Shown in pieces: positions 1 to 11,081 of a DNA stretch of 64,000 nt. Location of the stretch: assembly GCF_009914755.1 (NCBI RefSeq), contig NC_060925.1; one strand, 5' to 3'. This stretch comes from the human T2T-CHM13v2.0 reference genome, Homo sapiens. A program made the translations under genes and the position numbers. The notes below the pieces were generated by a model. That model did not search any database. It had not been told where the DNA came from and was given only the letters and a program-made list of their open reading frames with translations. Each line of letters opens with the position of its first letter. Within the stretch, counting starts at the first letter, position 1.

Positions 1-1676
1 GTGAGCCTGTTAATGGAATAACTTAATTTATATAAGATAGCTCTTTTGAGTGGTTAAGTACCTAGAACTAATTAAGTCTACAATTGAACAAGATTCTAGC
101 AGATTTTACTTCACTCACTCAATGTATGGGGAAAAAAGTAAAATTGATAGAGTTATCTAGACTAAGAAAGAGGAATTGTTAAGGGGCTTAGACAAGTTAA
201 ATATTTGAAAATTAGCTCGAAAATCAGTTGTGTTGACTGCATGTAACAAGATCAATACTTGTAAATCAACATCGTATGTTTAGAATTGATTATGTGTAAT
301 GACAGATACATAGTAGGTGCTCACCAATAGTCTTTGAGTGAATAAAAGAATAAACTAATGAAGGAGGAGGAATTATCACATAGATGTATATTTTTTATAC
401 TTATATAGAGAATGTTTATGTTTCAAAAGGATTAAATTCACCTTAAGTAGGAGACATTTCACAGAGGAATCTCTTTGATTTGGTTTTTATGTAGAAGGAA
501 ATAGGATATGGTTTTCTTGTAGAAGGAAATAAAATAATCTGTAATATCAGATTATTTTGTAAATGGCTGAGTGACAAAATTTATTAATTTTTAATGATGG
601 GTGGGAAGGCATAAAAGACTTTAAAATACCTTTGAAGTCTGTGCCTTAAATGCTACCAAATGATAGAGAACATTACTAGTGATAGAGAAGAAATGTTAGG
701 ACTCTTTCCTAGAGACCTCAGGCCATGTCAGCTTTAATATAGAACATCAGGAGGAAGAGAACAAACTTTTCCAGACAGTATGTAAGTATTTATTATCTAT
801 TATATGCGAAATGCTGTGCAAAGGAGATGAATACAAAGTGAAAAACAAAGCTTTGCTATTTTCAATCTGCTTACAGTTCATGGGAAGAAATAATTCTTTA
901 TATATAAAAATGAAAACTAATTCTAGAGATAGTTTCTTTGTTATGCTAATCATTCTACCTAACCCATTAGCAAAGTATAAGGTAAGGAATGTTTACTGGC
1001 AAATAATACTTGTAAAACAGTCATGTTACAGAAATCCAGAGGAGGCAGAGATTAGCCTTATTTGGAATTAAAGTTAGGTCATGCCTCATATTTTGAGCTA
1101 GGCTGTGCTGGATTTGAATAGCCATAGAAGAGGAGATAAGGCTTTTAAATAAAGAATATAAATGTGAGTAAGGCATTCAATATATATTTGATTTGAAAGT
1201 TAGATTGGCTCATGAATGTCAGGCCAAGAATAACACAGTAGGGGAAAAGTAGGATTTCAACCTGCCCATAGGGCAGGGGCACTCCTAGTGGTGATTGTTA
1301 TGAGGGCAATTTACAAGAATGGGAATTTCTGATACTGTATGTGGAAAAGCCAGGTTTAGATGGAGGAAGAGTGGAGATTCATATCCTGGAGAACCAAGCT
1401 GGGGTCAGGAGTCAAGGTGGCCAGTTGTGCATTAGAATCGGAAGGTTATGCATAGCCCAGGGATGCAGATGCCAATGAAGACTGACAACGAGGATGTAAG
1501 GAGAATGAAGCAAGGTTATGAATGTGAAGAATGGGATTGTTCAGAAGTTAATGCCGTTAATGGTGGTCATACGTGTACTCTGCTGGGATGAAAGCATACC
1601 TTTAAAGAGGGTGGAATTTCTCGAACTGGAAGGTAAAGAACATATGTTCTTTGTTCAAATCTTCACTTTCAAGTGG

Positions 1677-2606
1677 ATGGAATATTATGTTTTTGTATTA
1701 CCAGAGATTAATTCTTAGCTTAGTTGATGGAGATTTCTCCCAGCTAGATTCTGAATGAATTTTGAATAAAATTCACCTATTTGAACAAAACTTAGTTCTA
1801 GAGAGATTGCCACTTATCCAAGTTGACAGAATCATCTAGAGTTGAGACTTTGGATCATGTTTCATATTCGGGTGAAGTTTGTTTTATTGAGCAGTATTTG
1901 GGTGCTTAATAAAAATGTAAATATTTGTGTCCCACTCCTTTTGCAAGAGAGGGCAGTGAGTGGTGCTGGTAATCTACATTTTAAATCGGTTCCTCAGTTA
2001 ACTGTTAGGCAGGATAAATTTTGAGAACTACTTTTAAAGAACAACTATTCAAAGTTTTTGAACATGGTATTTTAGGAAAATTATTGTGATATTGGTTTTT
2101 GGGAAAAATTGGTAGTGGAGAGATACTTGAGTGATAGAGATCAATTATTATAGTACTGGATAAATGCAGGTATAAGCAATAAAGACTTTAATTAGGATGT
2201 CATCAGTAAGACCAGAAAGGCAGGGAAATTTTGAAAAATTTGGACCTGGTAGTCAGATATGGGACCAGGAGAATGGAAACTTAAAGAGTAAATCCAAAAT
2301 TTTAAGCAAGAGCAGTACTTTTCAATCTTTTTTGTTGTGGGAAGATACATTTATTAATTTTTATAATATAACTATATGATAAAAGATAAACATATCTGTA
2401 TATTTATTAATGAAAATGTATTTTGTTAAGAGAATTAACACAGTAGTGGAAAAACAATACTGAAAGAAGGAAGAATGATGTAATATACACTCATGTATGG
2501 AACATTATGATTTTGTATTACCAGAGATTAATTCATAGCATAGTAGATAGAGATTTCTTCCTTATAGATTCTGAATGAATTCTGAATAAAATTAACCTTA
2601 TTTGAA
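1677..2606 (+). repeat. Two ~110-bp diverged direct-repeat copies (1677-1785 and 2497-2606)
   Basis: Both read atggaa.attatg.ttttgtattaccagagattaattc.tagc.tagt.gat.gagatttct...tagattctgaatgaatt.tgaataaaatt.acct.atttgaa. Confidence 0.85.
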
Positions 2607-2633
2607 TTATTTAATTTTACCCTCTTTATGCTG

Positions 2634-3719
2634 TGTTGTGGGAAGTTGGGGACCCCAAACGGAGGGACCGGCTGAAGCCACGGCAGAATAACATAAATTG
2701 TGAAGATTTCATGGACATTTATTAGTTCCCCAGATAAATACTTTTATAATTTCTTGTGCCTGTCTTTACTGCAATCTTTGAACATAAATTGTGAAGATTT
2801 CATGGGCATTTATCACTTCCCTAATCAATACTCTTATAATTTCCTATGCCTGTCTTTACTTTAATCTCTTAATCCTGTCATCTTCGTAAGCTGAGGATGT
2901 ATGTCCCCTCAGGACCCTGTTATGATTGCGTTATCTGTACAAATTGTTTGTAAAACATGTGTGTTTGAACAAGATGAAATCTGGGCACCTTGAAAAAGAA
3001 CAGGTAACAATGATTTTCAGGAAACAAGGGAGATAACCATAAGGTCTGACTGCCTGCAGGGCCGGGCAGAACAGAGTCATATTTCTCTTCTTGCAGAGAG
3101 TGAATAGGAGAAATATCGCTGAATTCTTTTCCCAGCAAGGAATAACCCTGGGAAGGGAATGCATTCCCAGGGGAAGGTCTCTAAAATGGCCACTCTGGAA
3201 GTGTCTGTCTATTGGGGTTGAAGATAAATAAGGGATGAAATACGCCCTGGTCTCCTGCAGCGCCCTCAGGCTTGCTAGGATTAGGAAATTCCAGCCTGGT
3301 GAATTCTAGTCAGATTGGTTGTCTGCTCTCAAACCCTGTTTCCTCTTAAGACATTTATCGATGACAATGCATGCCCAGTGGGACATGGAACCTCATCAGT
3401 AATTCTAATTTTGCCCTGGCCTTGTGATCTTGCTCTCCCATTTGCCTTGTGATATTGTATTGCCTTTTGAAGCATGTGATCTCTGTGACCCACTCCCTAT
3501 TCGTACACTCCCTCCCCTTTTGAAATTCCTAATAAAAACTTGCTGGTTTTGCGGCTCGGGGGCATCACGGAATCTGCCGATATGTGATGTCACCCCCAGA
3601 GGCCCAGCTGTAAAATTTCTCTCTTTTGTACTCTTTCTCTTTATTTCTCAGACCGGCTGACACTTAGGGAAAATAGAAAAGAATATACGTTGAAATATTG
3701 GGTGCTGGTTTCCCCAATA
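2634..3719 (+). mobile_element. MER11-family solo LTR (ERVK/HML-8), sense to the gene
   Basis: Starts TGTTGTGGGAAGTTGGGGACCCCAAACGGAGGGACCGGCTGAAGCC; internal duplicated aacataaattgtgaagatttcatgg block; AATAAA 3531-3536; perfect 6-bp TSD atgctg (2628-2633, 3720-3725). Confidence 0.88.
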
Positions 3720-4089
3720 ATGCTGTATTTTATCTTTGTGTTTTAAATTGTTACAGATAATGGTGACTTCAAAAGTAAAAGTAGTTTCTGGGATTGGTGG
3801 ATTCTCTGCATGCATAAATGTTTAAAAAACACATCAGCTCTTGAATTTTCTGCTTCAGTTTAATCTTACTTATTGTTTAAAACACCAATGTATTTTTCTG
3901 TATTTTAATCAAGATTTAGTTAGATTTAACAAGTGTTTAAATTTGAAAAACATGTAAGTCATATAGGATATACAGAAGAAAATGTAAAATATGGAGTCTT
4001 CTTTATGACCTGAAAAGACCAAATATTTTATCTTTTTTAAATATGAATTTTGACTTTCTAACACTGAACATTTACTATCATCTAATTAG

Positions 4090-4221
4090 CTGGATAGTTC
4101 TCGAACATATTCTCTAGATGAATTTTGTGAAGAGCAGTTACAGCAAGCTACCCAGGCATTGAAACAACTTGAGGACATCAGGAATAAAGCAATTTCAGAG
4201 ATGAAAAGTACTTTTCTAAAG
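4090..4221 (+). CDS. DNAH14: Coding exon A of dynein axonemal heavy chain 14 (LDSSRTYSLDEFCEEQLQQATQALKQLEDIRNKAISEMKSTFLK), 132 nt, phase 0/0
   Basis: AG at 4088-4089, donor AAG|gtaatt at 4222; 44 open codons; joins in frame to the exon at 20281. Gene name from recognising the spliced peptide. Confidence 0.85.
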
Positions 4222-4498
4222 GTAATTCTTTAATTATATCATATTTATCAAAGTTGCAATTTACTAGCTGAAGCAATTGATCCAAATTGCATCCCTGGAA
4301 AAAGTATCTGAAATGGAAAGGTAAGGAACAAAGGTGGTTAATTAACCAACTAACTGGTACTATGTATTTACTATATACAAGAATTTTTCCAGGTATGATA
4401 TAAAATGCAAATAAATATATATTTATATATATGTGAATGCATATATGTGTATATCTATATACAACTTATGAAATTTAATATATTTAAATGCTAAGGAT

Positions 4499-4597
4499 GA
4501 TGATTCTCAAACTTTAGTGGCCAAGAGAATCACCTAGAAGGCCTGATAAAACAAGAGATTTCTGTTTCAGTAGGCACAGCCTGAGGATGTACATTTC
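4499..4597. mobile_element. Partial MER5A-like hAT-Charlie relic, cut off by the L1 tail
   Basis: ttctcaaacttt...agaatcacctagaaggcctgataaaaca...gatttctgtttcagtagg...catttct resembles the first part of MER5A. Confidence 0.6.
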
Positions 4598-7500
4598 TTT
4601 TTTCTTTTTTTTTTTTTATACTTTAAGTTCTGGGATACATGTGCAGAATGTACAGGTTTGTTACATGGGTATACATGTGCTATGGTGGTTTGCTGCACCC
4701 ATCAACCCATCATTTACATTCGGTATTTCTCCTAATGCTATCCCTCCCCTTACCCCCAACCCCGCGACATGCCCCAGTGTATGATGTTCCCCTCCCTGTG
4801 CCCATATGTTCTCATTGTTCATCTCCAACTTATGAGTGAGAACATGCAGTGTTTGTTTTTCTGTTCCTGTGTTAGTTTGCTGAGAATGATGGTTTCCAGC
4901 TTCATCGGCATCCCTGCAAAGGACATGAACTCATTCTTTTTTATGGTTGCGTAGTATTCCATGGTGTATATGTGCCACATTTTCTTTATCCAGTCTAACA
5001 TTAATGGGCATTTGGATTGGTTCCAAGTATTTGCTATTGTGAATAGTGCTGCAATAAACATACGTGTGCATGAGTCTTTATAGTAGAATGATTTATAATC
5101 CTTTGGGTATATACACAGTAATGGGATTGTTGAGTCAAATGGTATTTCTAGTTCTAGATCCCTACTATCTTCCACAATGATCAAACTAATTTACACCCCA
5201 ACAACAGTGTAGAAGCGTTCCTATTTCTCTATAGCATCTGTTTTTTCCTGACTTTTTTTTTTTTTTTTTTTTTGTATTTTTAGTAGAGACAGGGTTTCAC
5301 TGTGTTAGCCAGGATTGTCTTGATCTCCTGACCTCGTGATCCACCCACCTTGGCCTCCCAAAGCGCTGGGATTACAGGCATGAGCCACCGCGCCTGGCCG
5401 TTTCCTGACTTTTTAATGATCGCCCTTCTAACTGGCATGAGATGGTATCTCATTGTGGTTTTGATTTGCATTTCTTTCATGACCAGTGATGATGAGCTGT
5501 TTTTTTTCATATGTTTGTTGGCCACATGAATGTCTTCTTTTGAAAAGTGTCTGTTCATATCCTTTTTTGGCCACATGAATGTCTTCTTTTGAAAAGTGTT
5601 TGTTCATATCCTTTGCCCACTTTTTAATGGGGTTGTTTTTTCTCGTAAATTTGTTTAAGTTCTTTGTAGATTCTGGATATTAGCCCTTTGTCAGATGGAT
5701 AGATTGCAAAAATTTTCTCCCATTCTGTAGGTTGCATGTTCACTCTGATGGTAGTTTCTTTTGCTGTGCAGAAGCTCTTTAGTTTAATTAGATCCCATTT
5801 GTCAATTTTGGCTTTTGTTGCCATTGCTTTTGGTGTTTTAGTCATGAAGTCTTTGCCCATGCCTATGTCCTGGTATTACCTAGGTTTTCTTCTAGGGTTT
5901 TTATGGTTTTAGGTCTTACATTTAAGCCTTTAATCTATCTTGAGTTAATTTTTGTATAAGGTGTAAGGAAGGGGTCCAGTTTCAGTTTTCTGCATATGGC
6001 TAGCCAGTTTTCCCAACACTTTTAGTTAAATAGGGAATCCTTTCCCCATTTCTTGTTTTTGTCAGGTTTTTCAAAGATCAGATGGTTGTAGATGTGTGAT
6101 GTTACTTCTGAGGCCTCTGTTCTGTTCCATTGGTCTATATATCTGTTTTGGTACCAGTACCATGCTGTTTTGGTTACTGCAGCCTTGTAATATAGTTTGA
6201 AGTCAGGTAGCATAATGCCTCCAGCTTTGTTCTTTTTGCTTAGGATTGTCTTGGCTATAAAGGCTCTTTTTTGGTTCCATATTAAATTTAAAGTAGTTTT
6301 TTCTAATTACGTGAAGAAAGTCAATGGTAGCTTGATGGGAATAGCATTGAATCTATAAATTACTTTGGGAAGTATGACCATTTTCACATTATTGATTCTT
6401 CCTATCCATGAGCATGGAATGTTTTTCCATTTGTTTGTGTCCTCTCTTATTTCCTTGAACAGTTGTTTGTAGTTCTCCTTGAAGAGGTCCTTCCCATCTC
6501 TTGTAAGTTGTATTTTATTCTCTTTGTAGCAATTTTGAATGGGAGTTTGCTCATGATTAGGTTCTCTGTTTGTCTATTATAGGTGTATAGGAACGCTTGT
6601 GATTTTTGCACATTGATTTTGTATCCTGAGACTTTGCTGAAGTTGCTTATCAGGTTAAGGAGTTTTTGGACTGAAATGACGGGGTTTTCTAAATATACGA
6701 TCATGTCATCTGCAAAGAGAGTTAATTTGACTTCCTCTCTTCCTATTTGAATACCTTTCTTTCTTTCTGTTGCCTGATTGCCCTAGCCAGAACTTCCAAT
6801 ATTATGTTGAATAGGAGTGGTGAAAGAGGGCATCCTTGTCTTGTGCCAGTTTTCAAAGGGAATGCTTCCAGCTTTTGCCTGTTCAGTATAATATTGACTG
6901 TGGGTTTGTCATAAATAGCTCTTATAATTTTGAGATCTGTTCCATCAATACCTAGTTTATTGAGAGTTTTTAGCATGAAGGGGTGTTTAATTTTATCAAA
7001 GGCCTTTTCTGCATCTATTGAGATAATCATGTGGATTTCATCATTGGTTCTGTTTATGTGATGGACTACGTGTATTGATTTGTGTATGTTGAACCAGCCT
7101 TGCATCCTAGGGATGAACCTGACTTAATCTTGGTGGATAAGCTTTTTAATGTGCTGCTGGATTCGGTTTGCCAATATTTTATTGAGGATTTTTGCATCGA
7201 TGTTCATCAGGGATATTGGCCTGAAATTTTCTTTTTTTGTTGTGTCTCTACCAGGTTTTGGTATCAGGATGATGCTGGCCTCAGAAAATGAGTTAGGGAG
7301 GAGTCTCTCCTTTTCTATTGTTTGGAATAGTTTCAGACAGAATGGTACCAGCTCCTCTTTGTACCTCTGGTAGAATTCAGCTGTGATTCCATCTGGTCCT
7401 GGACTTTTTTTGGTTGGTAGGCTATTAATTACTGCCTCAATTTCAGAACTTGTTATTGGTCCATTCAGGGTTTCATCTTCTTCCTGGTTTAGTCTTGGGA

Positions 7501-10500
7501 AGCTGTATGTGTCCAGGAATTTATCCATTTCCTCTAGATTTTCTATTTTATTTGTATAGAGGTATTTATAGTATTCTCTGATGGTAGTTTGTATTTCTTT
7601 GGGATCAGTAGTTGTCTCCCCTTCATCATTTTTTATTGTGTCTACTAGATTCTTCTCTCTTTTCTTCTTTATCAGTCTGGCTAGTGGTCTATCCATTTTG
7701 TTAATCTCTTGAAAAAAAAACAGCTCCTGGATTCATTGATTTTTTGAACTTTTTTTGTGTGTCTCTATTTCCTTCAGTTTTGCTCTGATCTTAGTTATTT
7801 CTTGTCTTCTGCTAACTTTTGAACTTGTTTGCTCTTGCTTCTCTAGTTCTTTTAATTGTGATGTTAGGGTGTCGATTTTAGATCTTTCCCACTTTCTCCT
7901 GTGGGCATTTATTGCTATAAACTTCCCTCTAAACACTGCTTTAGCTGTGTCCCAGTGATTCTGGTATGTTATGTCTTTGTTCTCATTGGTTTCAAAGAAC
8001 TTAATCATTTCTGCTTTAATTTTGTCATTTACCCAGTAGTCATTCAGAAGCAAGTACTATATGGTGCTGAGAAGAATGTGTATTCTGTTGATTTGGGGTG
8101 GAGTGTTGTGTAGATGTCTATTAGGTTTGCTTGGTCCAGAGCTGAGTTCAAGTCCTAAATATCCTTGTTAATTTTCTGTCTCATTGATCTGTTGACAGTG
8201 AGGTGTTAAAGTCTCCCACTATTATTGTGTGTGAGTCTAAGCCTCTTTGTAGGTCTCTAAGAACTTGCTTTATGAATCTGGGTGCTCCTGTGTTGGGTGC
8301 ATATATATTTAGGATAATTAGCTCTTCTTGTTGGGTTGATCCCTTTACCATTATGTAATGCCCTTCTTTGTCTTTTTTTAATCTTTATTGGTTTAAAGAC
8401 TGTTTTATCAGATGCGAGGAATGCAACCTCTGCTTTTTTTTTTTTTTTTTTGCTTTCCATTTGCTTGGTACATCTTCCTCCATCCCCTTATTTTGAGCCT
8501 ATGTGTGTCTTTGCACGTGAGATGTGTCTCCTGAATACAGCACACCGATGGATCTTGACTCTTTATCTGATTTGCCAGTCTGTGTCTTTTAATTGGGGCA
8601 TTTAGCCTGTTTACATTTAAGGTTAATATTATTATGTGTGAATTTCATCCTGTCATTATGATGCTAGCTGGTTATTTTGCCCATTAGTTGATGCAGTTTC
8701 TTCATAGCATCAATGGTCTTTACAATTTGGCATGTTTTTGCAGTGGCTGGTACCGGTTTTTCCTTTCCATATTTAGTGCTTCTTTCAGGAGCTCTTATAA
8801 GGCAGGCCTGGTGGTGACAAAATCCCTCAGCATTTGCTTGTCTTTAAAGGATATTATTTCTCCTTCACTTGTGAAGCTTAATTTGGCTGGAAATGAAATT
8901 CTGGGTTGAAAATTCTTTTCTTTAAGAATGTTGAATATTGGCCCCCACTCTATTCTAGCATGTAGAGTTTCTGCAAGAGATCCACTGTTAGTCTGATGGG
9001 CTTCCCTTTGCAGGTAACTCAACCTTTCTCTCTGGCTGACCTTTACATTTTTTTTTTCATTTTAACCTTGGTGAATCTGATGATTATATGTCTTGGGGTT
9101 GCTCTTCTCGAGGAGTATCTCTGTGGTGTTCTCTGTATTTCCTGAATTTGAATATTGGCCTGTCTTGCTAGATTGGGGAAGTTCTCTCTTGCTAGATTGG
9201 ATAATATCCTGAAGTGTGTTTTCCCACTGGGTTCCGTTCTCCCTGTCACTTTCAGGTACACCAATCAAACGTAGGTTTGGTCTTTTCACATAGTCTCATA
9301 TTTCTTTGAGACTTTGTTCATTCCTTTTCATTCTTTTTTCTCTAGGCTTGTCTTCACACTTTATTTCATTAAGTTGATCTTCAATCTCTGATATCCTTTT
9401 TTCCACTTGATTGCTTTGGCTGTTGATGCTTGTGTATGCTTCAGAAAGTTCTCGTGCTGTGTTTTTCAGCTCCATCAGGTCATTCATGTTCTTCTGTAAA
9501 CTGGTTATTCTAGTTAGAAATTCCTCCAGCCTTTTATCAAGGTTCTTACCTTCCTTGCATTGGGTTAGAACATGCTGCTTTAGCTTGGAGGAGTTTGTTA
9601 TTACCCACCTTCTGAAGCCTACTTCTGTCAGTTCATCAAACTCATTCTCCATCCAGTTTTGTTCCCTTGCTGGTGAGGAGCTGTGATTCTTTGGAGGAGA
9701 AGAGGCCTTCTGGTTTTTGGAATTTTCAGCCTTGGTGCGCTGGATTTTCCTCATCTTCGTGGATTTATCTACCTTTGGTCTTTGCTGTTGGTGACCTTCA
9801 GATGGAGTTTTTGCATGGTCATTTTTTTTTTGTTGATGTTGATTCCATTGCTTTCTGTTTGTTAGTTTTGCTTCTACCAGTCAGGCCCCTCATCTGTAGG
9901 TCTGCTGGAGTTTGCTGGGAGTCCACTTTAGCCCCTGTTTGCCTGGGTATCACCAATGGAGGCTGCAGAACAGCAAAGATTGCTGCCTGCTCCTTCCTCT
10001 GGAAGCTTTGTCTCAGGGGGACCCACCAGATACCAGCTGGAGCTCTCCTGTATGAGGTGTCTGTCGACCTCTACTGGGAGGTGTTTCCCAGTCAGGAGGC
10101 ACGGGGGTCAGGGACCCACTTGAGGAGGCAGTCAGTCCTTTAGCACTGTGCTGGGAGATCTGTTACTCTCTTCAGACCTGGCAGGCAGGAATGTTTAAGT
10201 CTGCTGAAGCTCTCCCACAGCCACCCCTTTCCCCAGGTGCTCTGTGCCAAGGAGATGGGAGTTTTATCTGTAAGCCCCTGACTGGGGCTGCTGCCTTTCT
10301 TTCAGAGATGCCCTACCCAGAGAGGAGGAATCTAGAGAAGCAGTCTAGCTACAGTGGCTTTCAGGTGCTGTGGTAGGGTCTGCCCAGTCCAAACTTCCCA
10401 GGGGCTTTGTTTACACTGTGAGGGGAAAATTGCCTACTCAAGCCTCAGTAATGGTGGATGCCCCTTTCCCCACCAAGCTTGAGCATCCCAGGTCGACTTC

Positions 10501-11078
10501 AGACTGCTGTGCTGGTAGCGAGAATTTCAACCCAGTGGATCTTAGCTTGCTGGGCTCCTTGGGGGTGGGATCTGTTGAGCAAGACCACTTGGCTTCCTGG
10601 CTACATCCCCCTTTCTAGGGGAGTGAATGGTTCTGTCTCACTGGTGTTCCAGGTGCCACTGGGGTATGAAAAAAACTCCTGCAGCTAGCTCGGATTTTTG
10701 CCATACAAGCCATCCAGTTTTGTGTTTGAAACCCAGGGCCCTTGTGGTGTAGGCACCTGAGGGAATTTCCTGGTCTGTGGGTTGCCAAGACCATGGGAAA
10801 AGTGTAGCATCTGGGCTGGATAGTCTTGTCCCTCATGGCATAGTCCCTCATGGCTTCCTTTGGCTAGCGGAGGGAGTTCCCTGACCTCTTGCACTTCCTG
10901 GGTGAGGCGACGCCCCACCCTACTTTGGCTTGCCCTCTTTGGGCTGCACCCACTGTCTAACCAGTCCCAATGAGATGAACCAGGTACCTCAGTTGGAAAT
11001 GCAGAAATCACCCACTTCCTGTGTTGGTCTTGCTGGGAGCTGCAGACTGGAGCTGTTTCTATTTGGCCATCTTTCCTC
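4598..11078 (-). mobile_element. Near-full-length inactive primate LINE-1 (L1PA7-like), antisense to the gene
   Basis: Poly(T) tail at ~4598-4617; ORF2 remnants (e.g. 7124..7696, 6743..7105, 4819..5184) and ORF1 remnants (8795-9754) in many broken frames; ~140-bp loss in the endonuclease region near 8055 relative to the L1 at 52-58 kb; long 5'UTR ending in AAGATGGCC (rc) near 11073. Confidence 0.92.
5253..5399 (-). mobile_element. Left-arm-only Alu (AluY/Sc-type diagnostics) with poly(A) tail, inserted in the L1
   Basis: rc reads GGCCAGGCGCGGTGG...GATCACGAGGTCAGGAGATCAAGACAATCCTGGCTAACACAGTG...CTAAAAATAC then ~21 A; TSD tttcctgacttttt on both sides. Confidence 0.88.
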
Positions 11079-11081
11079 ACT

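Noticed and set aside
1-10. Window starts with gtgagc, which looks like a splice donor
   Set aside because: No upstream sequence to test for an exon; could be chance.
747-2379. Several 60-86 aa ORFs in AT-rich sequence before exon A
   Set aside because: No convincing splice-site pair or dynein-like sequence; lengths fit chance.
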